Of a stretch of 20,000 bases of DNA, positions 1 through 8,412 are shown one piece after another (the first letter of the stretch is position 1; each line of letters starts with the position of its first letter). The DNA comes from an uncultured virus (IMG/VR IMGVR_UViG_3300002835_000127). Lineage: Duplodnaviria > Heunggongvirae > Uroviricota > Caudoviricetes. The position numbers and the translations under genes were made by a program. The stretch covers positions 55,452 to 75,451 of IMG/VR virus record IMGVR_UViG_3300002835_000127; one strand, 5' to 3'. The notes beneath the pieces were generated by a model, which searched no databases, was not told where the DNA came from, and worked only from the letters and a program-made list of their open reading frames with translations.

Positions 1-130
1 ATGCCCACCACTGGAAGTCCTCCAGCTCAAATTCACTATAGAACTCTCCATTTACGTCAGTTGGGACGTCTATCCATACGAAAGGATCTCCTTTCTTAAT
101 AGTACCATTAGGGATTATTGCGTAAGACAT
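1..130 (-). CDS. Hypothetical protein, 5' part only (runs off window edge)
   Basis: ATG at 130, 10 nt after the stop of the upstream gene and preceded by an A-rich leader. The frame is open to the window edge (MSYAIIPNGTIKKGDPFVWIDVPTDVNGEFYSEFELEDFQWWA). Not in the ORF track. Confidence 0.7.
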   Translation of the reverse strand, partial: MSYAIIPNGTIKKGDPFVWIDVPTDVNGEFYSEFELEDFQWWA

Positions 131-140
131 AATTTTTATT

Positions 141-920
141 TTATTTTATTGTGTATATTTTATCGTATGACTTTGTGATCGTATCAATCAATTTACCTAT
201 ATATCCCTCAGATCTTAGTTTCTTGAAGACCAGATTACCCGCAGAGAATTCTCCTCCCTTTGACAAAGACTCCTTTCTCATTTTCATTATCCTAGATTTT
301 AGCTTAGCAGCCATATTATAAAGAGGCTTGGGATTAGAAGGAAAAACATTACCCAGCACTAGCTTATTTTCAAGTTTACTTATATCGTAAGCCAAAGAAT
401 TAAACTTCTTATTTACCATAAACTCATCTATTTTAGGTGGTGAGTACTTAGGTTTCTTAATCCATTTCTTCTTGGTAAGTGAATATACCGTAGAAATGTA
501 GCTTTCCGATCCTTCGTCCTGTACTGCTATCTCCACGTCATGTCCTCTCATTGTTATGTCATGTTTCGTGTTCCATGAGAATTTTAGACCATACATAGCA
601 TAGTCTATCATTTTAGGATCATCGCCCATGTCTTTGAAATTTACAATAATATGTAGATCCAGATCAGAATACTGGTTCCAGTTATAACCAGTTAAGGACC
701 CAACAAGCTGAATGTCCAAAACATCCTTTTTCTTTAGCACATCCGAACCTTCCTCTATAAAATCATTTGCTATATCCAGAAGTTTCTTACTCACAAGAGG
801 ATCTAGCTTCCACTCTAACTCCTTGCCATCTCCTTCTTTTTCCCAAAAAAGAGGGCAAAGTTCTTCGTTATAGAAGGGACTTTTAGATTCTTTTAGATAA
901 CTTTTGAAATTAAAAACCAC
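141..920 (-). CDS. Phage nucleotidyltransferase (Pol-beta superfamily)
   Basis: GS...DxD signature (VGSLTGYNWNQYSDLDLHIIV), a likely third acidic residue in HDVEI, and a C-terminal GEFSAGNLVFKKLR motif of the kind seen in myophage NTases. GTG start. Confidence 0.85.
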   Translation of the reverse strand: MVFNFKSYLKESKSPFYNEELCPLFWEKEGDGKELEWKLDPLVSKKLLDIANDFIEEGSDVLKKKDVLDIQLVGSLTGYNWNQYSDLDLHIIVNFKDMGDDPKMIDYAMYGLKFSWNTKHDITMRGHDVEIAVQDEGSESYISTVYSLTKKKWIKKPKYSPPKIDEFMVNKKFNSLAYDISKLENKLVLGNVFPSNPKPLYNMAAKLKSRIMKMRKESLSKGGEFSAGNLVFKKLRSEGYIGKLIDTITKSYDKIYTIK

Positions 921-935
921 AGAATTTTTTTCTTT

Positions 936-943
936 TATATATC
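936..943 (-). promoter_or_regulatory. Putative late promoter GATATATA
   Basis: Intergenic, 15 nt upstream of the GTG at 920. The motif recurs before several genes and resembles the T4 late -10 box TATAAATA. Confidence 0.65.
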
Positions 944-966
944 AAGAAAAAAACAATAAGGTGTAA

Positions 967-1668
967 CTATACCGAAATCTTATTCATGATCAGCATTACT
1001 GTCTCGACGTCCCTCTCGCAATATTCCTTAATTTTATCAAAATTCTTATCGACCCAGAAAACTCTAGAGACATCCGATCCCTTGATATCCTCTTTTGGAG
1101 ATCTTACATCAAGGGAGCATGCTAATAGGTCTAGACCTAGATATTTTTGGCCAATCCAATTACCGAAGGAGAATATCTCTGCGGTGTCAAGAAAAGGCAT
1201 CTCCCATGGTTTTTTATCCCAAACCTGTATATTCTGAGAAGGTGTAATACCGTTATAAAGCATTCTCTTTCCTAGACAAGCTATATCAAATCCCTTAATG
1301 TTATGTCCACATAACTTCCACCCTTTTGAGTGGGCATTGTTAAGAATTTTGTTTGTTTTGTTGAGAATGTCAATCTCATCATCACCGAAGAAAGATGTTG
1401 TCCTTATCGTACCATCATCATTAAAGCTACCGAAGGAAACACACACAATTCTTGAAAATTCAGCCTCCAGAGCAGATTTTTCAGCGAATATCTCACCGTC
1501 ATTCATATCTGACAATTCTTTGTAAGAATTTCTATAGAAATTAGCTCTCTTACCCCATAGTTCACCCAATCTCGGATTTCTCTCGTTTAATGCTTCTAGA
1601 CTTTCGAAACAAGACGCAGTTTCTACATCAAAATACAGAGCTTTTTCTTTTACTTCTTTATTGATCAT
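967..1668 (-). CDS. Stand-alone 3'-5' exonuclease related to the PolB proofreading domain (DEDDy)
   Basis: ExoI YFDVET, ExoII GHNIKGFD, ExoIII YCERDV. Confidence 0.85.
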   Translation of the reverse strand: MINKEVKEKALYFDVETASCFESLEALNERNPRLGELWGKRANFYRNSYKELSDMNDGEIFAEKSALEAEFSRIVCVSFGSFNDDGTIRTTSFFGDDEIDILNKTNKILNNAHSKGWKLCGHNIKGFDIACLGKRMLYNGITPSQNIQVWDKKPWEMPFLDTAEIFSFGNWIGQKYLGLDLLACSLDVRSPKEDIKGSDVSRVFWVDKNFDKIKEYCERDVETVMLIMNKISV

Positions 1669-2564
1669 TATTTTCTCTTATTAAATACAAATGGTGGTAG
1701 TGACTTAAAGTCCTTTAGATAATTAATGCAGCAAAATTCCTTCTCTGGTGAATCTATTATAACATCGACAGAAAGACCAAATGTTGGTATTCTTTTAGAT
1801 AATCTTCCGGAAGGCTTAGAATTAACAGGGAATCCGTTTTCATCCTCGCTCTCAGACTCTGCATGAATCATAATTGGATTACTACCGAACTTCCATGTGG
1901 AGCAACTAAGAAACAAAGCCTCCCTTGTACTAAGACCCCCGTCATTGAATAAATGATTAAGAAATCTAAAAGATACAGGTACATCCGATTTATAATAGCA
2001 ACCGGATATGAGTTCCGTTACCGAAAAAAGGCTGGGCTTATCGTCATTAACTACCGATATTCTCTTCTGGGTTTGCTTAGACATTAAATCAAACTTAACC
2101 GAAAATCTCTCTATAGTCTCCTTCCTGTTTCCATATGCACTTCCTATTCTAACTATTATCGATCTCCCCTTCTGGCCCAGCACATCCAATATGGACCCTA
2201 GGCTCTCCAAAAGTGTTATTGTTTTATCAGGAACCCCGTCTAGTTGACTAGCCAAAAAATATTCCTTCGGTATTATAAAGCAGGTCCTAAATTTATTAAT
2301 ATTAGAAATCTCGTGTATACTAGATAGTATCCCTGAAATTTTAGGATCCTCCTCGTCAAAACTAAAATCAACGAACAGTTCCGGATTATCAAATTCGCTT
2401 ATATCCAGACATAATATGTTAAGTCCTAGATTTGAATTATAAACAATCGAATCCCTAACTAGCTTAAGAAAATCATAAACAGATTTTATTTTAACCTGCC
2501 CGTTTCCTTTTATTTTCTTCGGGAGACCGATGTACCCTAAATTAGACTTGTCTAAAGAAATCAT
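1668..2564 (-). CDS. uvsE: UV-damage endonuclease (UvsE/UVDE) homolog, probably catalytically inactive
   Basis: Colinear with the UvsE scaffold (NLGY, G.AYG.K, NDDK, N.GGL, AL...TW, P..H.ES, D.I...KE), but most metal-binding His/Asp/Glu positions are substituted. Confidence 0.75.
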   Translation of the reverse strand: MISLDKSNLGYIGLPKKIKGNGQVKIKSVYDFLKLVRDSIVYNSNLGLNILCLDISEFDNPELFVDFSFDEEDPKISGILSSIHEISNINKFRTCFIIPKEYFLASQLDGVPDKTITLLESLGSILDVLGQKGRSIIVRIGSAYGNRKETIERFSVKFDLMSKQTQKRISVVNDDKPSLFSVTELISGCYYKSDVPVSFRFLNHLFNDGGLSTREALFLSCSTWKFGSNPIMIHAESESEDENGFPVNSKPSGRLSKRIPTFGLSVDVIIDSPEKEFCCINYLKDFKSLPPFVFNKRK

Positions 2565-2575
2565 TCCTTTTTATT

Positions 2576-2604
2576 ATTATACTAAAGGAAATGACTTAAG
2601 TTCC
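2576..2604 (-). promoter_or_regulatory. Putative early/middle promoter GGAAC-N18-TATAAT
   Basis: Intergenic upstream of the uvsE-like gene. The same bipartite motif occurs at 7027-7055, 13301-13329 and 19043-19070. Confidence 0.6.
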
Positions 2605-2605
2605 G

Positions 2606-3097
2606 TTATCCACCTACGGTAGAAAGGCCAAGATCGGCATCGTTGTAAACGGTAGGAGAATTGAATGCTTTACCAGGAAGCTGAGCGATCTTGTATTTGG
2701 AAAGTAGATCCTGGTGTCCTTTATCACCTTGGTCTATAAATTGTATAGCATTAGGCTTAACCTCTATTACTTTCTCAGTAAGCTTCCCTATATTGAAAAC
2801 CTGTATGAAATATCTAAATCCCTTGGAGTCTGGAGTTTTTTGAGCTCTAACTATTATACCAATCTTTTTATTCTTTTTGCTCTTAGAGTTAATAGGCTCA
2901 GCTACAACGAAATCGCCAACCTGAAATTCCGATCCCTTTATAGACCTAGGCACATTAGGATCCGGACCAACTTCTATAGAAAGATCAGAAAATGGCTTAT
3001 AGTTTATTTTAAAAACACCATTTGCCCCGCCGTATCCATAGGTATCACCAAACGGGGTACCTGTGTCAAATTCGTTTATCGATTTAATGTATTTCAC
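2606..3097 (-). CDS. Hypothetical protein with SH3/KOW-like domain and N-terminal MKYIKSINE leader (putative internal head protein)
   Basis: FQVGDFVV...IGIIV...YFIQV beta pattern. The N-terminus resembles T4 capsid-targeting sequences ending in (I/L)-x-E. Directly preceded by a late-promoter motif. Confidence 0.6.
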   Translation of the reverse strand: MKYIKSINEFDTGTPFGDTYGYGGANGVFKINYKPFSDLSIEVGPDPNVPRSIKGSEFQVGDFVVAEPINSKSKKNKKIGIIVRAQKTPDSKGFRYFIQVFNIGKLTEKVIEVKPNAIQFIDQGDKGHQDLLSKYKIAQLPGKAFNSPTVYNDADLGLSTVGG

Positions 3098-3100
3098 CTA

Positions 3101-3652
3101 CTATATATCAGAACTTTGTTCTTTATCCTGATGCTTCAGGATATCTCTGAATTTAGACGCTAATTCATAATCCTCATTCTTAATAGCTTTCTGCATCAAG
3201 CTCTCTATTAAATAAGAGTCATTGGGTTCACCCTCGGGTTGCTCATCCTTTAATGAGTTAATTATAAGAGCTATTCGTTGAGGTGCATAGATAACCTCAA
3301 GTCTCGAGTTTACTATATTAGGATCTTCAATATTTTCCTCCTCCTGGTCATCGATATCCTCGTCTATCTCATCCTCAACAGGTTCCCAGTCGCCATTGTC
3401 CCAGTTTATGATCCAAGGACCGTATGTTATGTCGGATATATCCCCGTCTACTACCTGTTTTAGTATAGTCTTAAGCTCTCCCTTTATGTCATTCTTGGTA
3501 AGAGAATCGCTAAAAGGTTTTCTTTTAATGCCAGGTATAACATTGCTACCCTCACCTATTCCCATTTTGAATGCCTTATAGACCTCAAAAATAGAATCCC
3601 AATCTAAACTGGATATAACTTTATCGATAAGTTTTGAATGCTCTTTCCTCAT
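3101..3652 (-). CDS. Hypothetical protein with acidic insert and C-terminal UVR (UvrB/UvrC) motif
   Basis: C-terminal LMQKAIKNEDYELASKFRDILK matches the UVR helical-hairpin consensus (M..A...EDYE.AA..RD). Confidence 0.75.
   Translation of the reverse strand: MRKEHSKLIDKVISSLDWDSIFEVYKAFKMGIGEGSNVIPGIKRKPFSDSLTKNDIKGELKTILKQVVDGDISDITYGPWIINWDNGDWEPVEDEIDEDIDDQEEENIEDPNIVNSRLEVIYAPQRIALIINSLKDEQPEGEPNDSYLIESLMQKAIKNEDYELASKFRDILKHQDKEQSSDI
3102..3109 (-). promoter_or_regulatory. Putative late promoter GATATATA
   Basis: Overlaps the stop of the upstream gene and lies 4 nt before the GTG at 3097. Confidence 0.55.
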
Positions 3653-3669
3653 AATTACAGTGTATCCTC

Positions 3670-3677
3670 TATATATT
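3670..3677 (-). promoter_or_regulatory. Putative late promoter AATATATA
   Basis: One-mismatch copy of the GATATATA motif, 17 nt upstream of the ATG at 3652. Confidence 0.5.
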
Positions 3678-4105
3678 TACTTACTCTTGACACCCAATTG
3701 ATCCGATACGGAGGATAGCCAAGCATTATATCTATCCGGATAGAACTTCTTAATCTGGTCAAGATCCCTTTTAGAAACCTCGAATTTTTCTCTTATGAAC
3801 TTCTCAGCCTCCTCAAAATTGTGATCCTTTTTAGAGCTATCTTTTTTCTCGGAAGATTTTTTAGTCTTTGTATAGATCCATTTAGGAGGGGAGGTGAATC
3901 TAGGACTCAGTGTATCGTGCCACCAATCTATAACATTATGTGGTGTTATCTTTAATTTATTGAACTGATTAGCCTGAACCGGGAATTGAATGGACATTAT
4001 TCTATTAAGCATGAAAAAATTCCTGTTCTTGTCTATTTTAGCTACATCAGCCCACTTTGACTCTTTTTTTTCGAATATTTTCTTTACTACGTCAAAAAGT
4101 TCCAT
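3677..4105 (-). CDS. gp62: Putative sliding clamp loader small subunit (T4 gp62-like)
   Basis: FMLNRIMS...F...ANQFN and KWIYTKTKK patterns resemble gp62 family members. Size fits, and it is in the same operon as the gp44 homolog. Confidence 0.6.
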   Translation of the reverse strand: MELFDVVKKIFEKKESKWADVAKIDKNRNFFMLNRIMSIQFPVQANQFNKLKITPHNVIDWWHDTLSPRFTSPPKWIYTKTKKSSEKKDSSKKDHNFEEAEKFIREKFEVSKRDLDQIKKFYPDRYNAWLSSVSDQLGVKSK

Positions 4106-4107
4106 CT

Positions 4108-5244
4108 TTATAGATTTGCAAAAGGATCAAATGAGGATGGGCTGTAATTAGGCGATATCCAATTTGTACCCTCTAGTATTTTTATTCTGTCTAATGTTAT
4201 TGATTTTCTTTCTAGTGAAATTCCTCTTTCTATCTCCGCTTCTGAATCAGAAACAACTTTATCAGGAAATACTGTGTCATCCAGCCACATGAGCTTGTAA
4301 TTTCTTCTGATGTTATCAGAGACCTTATTTCTATTCTCTGAGGAGTCCACATCCTTCATGGTTCTCAATATAAATCCAGAAGCCCAATTGAGAAATTCAT
4401 TGCTATTTAGTAGCTCTTTTGGCTGTATATTCTTCCATTGCTCTGATGTGTTCATCGCTTCTATTAAAGACTCGCTTTTTCTAGGCGTGAACCCCATTTT
4501 CTTGCCATTCTGCGGGATTTCCCAAACAGATGGTACCGCATCACCTTTATCACCCACAAACATCTTATTCAGAACGAAAAATTCACGATCAACCTCGTTT
4601 AATTCGCACTTGGAAAGCAGCGTCTTTAATTTACCCCTATCCGGTGATATAACAGAACCCATATTAAAAATGCTAGCTTCCTCCTCTTTTTCCAACCAAT
4701 TGGACTTCCATCCGATAGGAGTAGTTACTACGTTCTTTTTATTGTTGCTATTCCACGTTATAGTCCAATTCGATCCTTCAAATCTAGCTAGCTGATGTAA
4801 ATCTTTATCACCAGATACCACTATACAATCTTCTCCGTTATTATTAAAGTACTTCGACCACATATAGAGAAGGTCGTCACCCTCCGCTCCGGATACTTTA
4901 GAATAAATGAATCCCATTTTCTCCAGTTGGCGACCAAAAGAATCCATAAGATCGAAGAAAATAGTCCAATCGACATTCTCATCCTTTGTTCTATTTGACT
5001 TATATCCGCCATTTTCAATCTCAATTTCTCTTCTCCAGCTTTTGCTATCGGCTGTAAAAATAAGTCTTCCACCTGAAGGCAAATTGTTTAATGAGGAGCA
5101 CAGGTCAGTCGCTACTTTTCTAATAAACATAGTCTGGTCTGATTTTTTAGAAAAAACCTTACCAGGATCCACATTGCCATAACCAGCAAAAACCCCAAAG
5201 GTTTTGTGGAATATGTAATTTCCGTCAACACAAATATTAATCAT
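4108..5244 (-). CDS. rnh: RNase H / 5'-3' flap exonuclease (T4 rnh family)
   Basis: VDGN, ADSKSWRR, YKSNR, EGDD, SGDKDLHQL and GDKGDAVP motifs of the FEN/5'-3' exonuclease family. Confidence 0.9.
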   Translation of the reverse strand: MINICVDGNYIFHKTFGVFAGYGNVDPGKVFSKKSDQTMFIRKVATDLCSSLNNLPSGGRLIFTADSKSWRREIEIENGGYKSNRTKDENVDWTIFFDLMDSFGRQLEKMGFIYSKVSGAEGDDLLYMWSKYFNNNGEDCIVVSGDKDLHQLARFEGSNWTITWNSNNKKNVVTTPIGWKSNWLEKEEEASIFNMGSVISPDRGKLKTLLSKCELNEVDREFFVLNKMFVGDKGDAVPSVWEIPQNGKKMGFTPRKSESLIEAMNTSEQWKNIQPKELLNSNEFLNWASGFILRTMKDVDSSENRNKVSDNIRRNYKLMWLDDTVFPDKVVSDSEAEIERGISLERKSITLDRIKILEGTNWISPNYSPSSFDPFANL

Positions 5245-5770
5245 TCTGTTCTATTTTTTTCAATACACTATATAGTTCCTTCGGTATCCTGTTAAATGCA
5301 GGATCAGTTATAGAGGAATCGTAATCTATAAAATTCAAGAAGTCTTTCTCGTCTGCCTTTATTCTACGGTCAACGTCGTCTGCATCTCTTCTCATAGACA
5401 TTCTATCTCTTCTTATATTCTCGTCGATGTCAACATAGAGAATAATGGACTCGCTTCTGTCTTCAGGTGATAACTGAGAAATTCCAGAAGGTGTCATTAT
5501 AAATAAATTAGATTTGTGAAACTCCGATTTACTCGTTCCGTAAACCCATCCATTAAATATGGTGTGCTCCAAAAAAAGATCTTCCAGTATCATCCCATAA
5601 GCATCGGACTCCTTTATGAAATAGTAATCTATACCCTCTTCCTCATCGGATCTCATCGGTCTAGTTGTATGGGAAACACAATAATTGAAGCCTTCCTCAA
5701 CCATCATCTTTCTCAAGTGGTCCTTGCCAGAAGCTCCCTTTCCTGCTATTATAACTCTTTTTTTATTCAT
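5237..5770 (-). CDS. gmk: Guanylate kinase
   Basis: P-loop GKGASGKD, signature SHTTRPMRSDEEEGIDYYF, and YGTS. Confidence 0.9.
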   Translation of the reverse strand: MNKKRVIIAGKGASGKDHLRKMMVEEGFNYCVSHTTRPMRSDEEEGIDYYFIKESDAYGMILEDLFLEHTIFNGWVYGTSKSEFHKSNLFIMTPSGISQLSPEDRSESIILYVDIDENIRRDRMSMRRDADDVDRRIKADEKDFLNFIDYDSSITDPAFNRIPKELYSVLKKIEQND

Positions 5771-6074
5771 TGTCTTCCTCGTCTTCTATTCCGTTCTCTA
5801 TTTTATTGAATCTATCGATAGCTTTCTCGTAATCGGTATACGTCCAAGCCCATTTACCAAAATCCTCATCACTTGGGAACTTTTCTTTTTCTGGTAATTC
5901 GACTCCAAAAACAACCTTAGCTTTTCCTATTTTTATCTTAAAAACCTCAAATGCCTTGAAATCTGCTTCCAGATCTTCCGCATCAGATTGAGAATACATC
6001 GCAGCTTTGTCCGTTCTCTTTAATTGCTTATAGATATACCCGTTTCTATTAATAACTTCTGCTAATTCTTTCAT
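5763..6074 (-). CDS. Hypothetical protein
   Basis: 103-aa ORF overlapping both neighbours by a few nt. No recognised motif. Confidence 0.8.
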   Translation of the reverse strand: MKELAEVINRNGYIYKQLKRTDKAAMYSQSDAEDLEADFKAFEVFKIKIGKAKVVFGVELPEKEKFPSDEDFGKWAWTYTDYEKAIDRFNKIENGIEDEEDNE

Positions 6075-7021
6075 GCCTGTATAAGTTTTTGTATTTGGAA
6101 AAATAGCGAAAGAAGGGAAACCATAGGGTCGATAACATGAAGTCTTTGTGCCTGATGTTCAGCCACTAGAACTATCACACCAGGGATAATCTTAGAATGT
6201 GATTTTTTGTTTTTAATAACCCACTGTACGAATTCATCACCCAAGGCACTCATTATATCGTCTGTCTTTCCGTTATATTCTCCAACTAAGTTCTGATAGT
6301 TACCAATTGGGTCCGGTGGAGAAAAAAGTAAATTGTAGAGTGACTCGTAACTCCATCCTATTTCTCTAACTTTTGCTAGATCAACCTTATTAGTTCCCTC
6401 TAGCATCCAGGTTTGGATCTTGTTAAGGGAGGATCTCAAATCAGGATAGAAATTTCTCTCAAATTCCAAGAGAGATTCCTCGTCTATTTCAATAGAAACC
6501 TTATTCAGGATAAGGTTTATTCTCTTTCTCCATTCTGATTTTACTTCGTTCTCCTCCTCTGAAGAAACAGGATCAAAGTCAATCACCTCAAATCTGCTCT
6601 GAATTGCATCAGGAACCTTATTGAGCCAGTTACAAGTAGCAATGAATCTTGTATTAGATGCAAACTTCTCTACAGTTCCTCTTAAAGCCTTATAGAACTG
6701 ATCTGATGCACCGTCGAACTCATCCAATACAACCACTTTCTTTGAAGAAGCACCGTCCATAATCGACATTGTTGAACAAAAATCATTAATTTTAGTACGT
6801 ATCGTCTCAACAGAACTCTCATCCGAAACATTTATAAAAAGGTGCGGGTAGGGTGCTGCTAATATTTTAGCAAGCGTGGTCTTACCGCTACCAGGGCTAC
6901 CCGATAAAAGAACATTATGATTGAGCCCGTTAGTCTCAAAGATCTTTCTTATTCTCTGAGGCAATATCATATGCCTAATTTCCTTGGGCCTTAATTTCTC
7001 TGTTAATAATTCCTGCATCAT
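6071..7021 (-). CDS. gp44: Sliding clamp loader AAA+ subunit (T4 gp44 / RFC-small-like)
   Basis: LLTEKLRP, Walker A GSPGSGKTT, Walker B VLDEFD, RFIATCN, and SRF arginine finger. Confidence 0.92.
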   Translation of the reverse strand: MMQELLTEKLRPKEIRHMILPQRIRKIFETNGLNHNVLLSGSPGSGKTTLAKILAAPYPHLFINVSDESSVETIRTKINDFCSTMSIMDGASSKKVVVLDEFDGASDQFYKALRGTVEKFASNTRFIATCNWLNKVPDAIQSRFEVIDFDPVSSEEENEVKSEWRKRINLILNKVSIEIDEESLLEFERNFYPDLRSSLNKIQTWMLEGTNKVDLAKVREIGWSYESLYNLLFSPPDPIGNYQNLVGEYNGKTDDIMSALGDEFVQWVIKNKKSHSKIIPGVIVLVAEHQAQRLHVIDPMVSLLSLFFQIQKLIQA

Positions 7022-7026
7022 ATTGT

Positions 7027-7055
7027 ATTATATTAGAAATTAACGAAACTGTTTC
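7027..7055 (-). promoter_or_regulatory. Putative early/middle promoter GAAAC-N18-TATAAT
   Basis: Fills the 34-nt gap between the ligase and gp44 genes. Recurrent bipartite motif. Confidence 0.6.
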
Positions 7056-8378
7056 TCAAAATTTGGATGATAAATCATCAGCCTCTGACTTATCGTTTCT
7101 TATCTCTACGAATCTAGGCAAAAATAGTGATCTATTATCAAACTTGTCAGTAATTGTAACGTTGTATTGCACAGCACATATCTTCCCTCGAAGGGCATCT
7201 GGGTTAGCACTCAATGATTTAAGGTCCTCGTCGGTAAAACCTGATCCTATTTTAACATGCAAGGTTTCAGATAGGTCCGTGCATACAAGTCCACCTATGA
7301 AACCCTCCCTTTTACCCTCTCCTGCGTACCATCCCCGAATGACAAGATCACATTCGTTAACCTCCTTGAATTTCACCCAGCTTTTTGATCTTTTACATTC
7401 GTATAAATGATCATTCTTACATATAACTCCCTCTCCCCCTGCATCCACTATTTTTTGGTATACTGAAGCAATCTGAGAGGGATCGTCAAGTTCCCACATT
7501 GTAGCTAATTTTACTGGCTCGTTCTCTTCGACGTTTTTCATAGCAGACTCTAGTGTCTGTCTTCTTACCGAGTAGGGTAAAATTCCAACACCAGCTCTTA
7601 GCGTATCGTATTCTTCGAGATCAAATACATTGAATATGATACTATCCCCTATATTATCTGGGGCAGTCCCCTTCAGTATCTGCGTAACCTTACCACTTAC
7701 TGATTTTCTATTGTGATCTGTCAATTCACCATCAAAGAACCAAGAGCCCTTCAATCCTGAAAAGTTCATTATCTGTTTGAGAGAAAATGTAATACTGTGC
7801 AATTTTCCTGCATCTAGTTCATTAAAAGCTCTTGTAAAATAACTAAAATCTCCTTCCTTATAGATAGCTATTACCCTTACACCGTCATATTTTTCCTCGC
7901 AGTATATCTTATCCCAGTTCAGTAGTGAATCCTGGTCATCGGTTGCTAGCATAACAGAAGGATCCGGAATTACCTCTTTGCCAATAGCCTTGTTAATCAG
8001 CTTAGCACCAATACCGACATTCATTCTCTTTGTTAGCACCTTCATTAGGATCTTTCTAAGATCGGAGTCGTCGTTATCTTCAGTGATCCTGGTGTTTACC
8101 ATTTGATTAGCTTCCATCCTTATAGAATTATTAGCTGCAGGGGCAGATTTTAATTTTTCAACTAGATCTCTGAAGTTATCTAGCCCAAAAGAATCATTCG
8201 GTTCGTCTGAAAAATTAAGCTTATGTAACTTAGTAGTAACAAATGGATTGAAGCACACGTCAAAAACGTAGGCTAATTCAGGAGTCCAGTTTTGTTTGAT
8301 TATTTCCTGCTTTTTCTTCTGTGATCCCTCTCCAGTAAGTTCCTCTAATTCCTTTAAGATTCTTAGTTCTTTAATCAT
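7056..8378 (-). CDS. gp30: ATP-dependent DNA ligase (T4 gp30-like)
   Basis: KxDG motif EEKYDGVR, then FDGE, FDL, EGVICK, WVKFK, and OB-fold GSGF...LFLPRF. Confidence 0.93.
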   Translation of the reverse strand: MIKELRILKELEELTGEGSQKKKQEIIKQNWTPELAYVFDVCFNPFVTTKLHKLNFSDEPNDSFGLDNFRDLVEKLKSAPAANNSIRMEANQMVNTRITEDNDDSDLRKILMKVLTKRMNVGIGAKLINKAIGKEVIPDPSVMLATDDQDSLLNWDKIYCEEKYDGVRVIAIYKEGDFSYFTRAFNELDAGKLHSITFSLKQIMNFSGLKGSWFFDGELTDHNRKSVSGKVTQILKGTAPDNIGDSIIFNVFDLEEYDTLRAGVGILPYSVRRQTLESAMKNVEENEPVKLATMWELDDPSQIASVYQKIVDAGGEGVICKNDHLYECKRSKSWVKFKEVNECDLVIRGWYAGEGKREGFIGGLVCTDLSETLHVKIGSGFTDEDLKSLSANPDALRGKICAVQYNVTITDKFDNRSLFLPRFVEIRNDKSEADDLSSKF

Positions 8379-8401
8379 TTCGCTTCTATTTAGTTATAAC
8401 A

Positions 8402-8409
8402 CAAATATA
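8402..8409 (-). promoter_or_regulatory. Bacteroidota-type -7 promoter box TATATTTG (TAnnTTTG)
   Basis: Exact match to the TAnnTTTG consensus, 23 nt upstream of the ligase ATG and just after a terminator. No clear -33 TTTG at canonical spacing. Confidence 0.55.
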
Positions 8410-8412
8410 AAC

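Noticed and set aside
141..920. CBASS CD-NTase or toxin-antitoxin MNT assignment
   Set aside because: No adjacent effector or HEPN gene, and the motifs fit the myophage NTase family better. The substrate is unknown.
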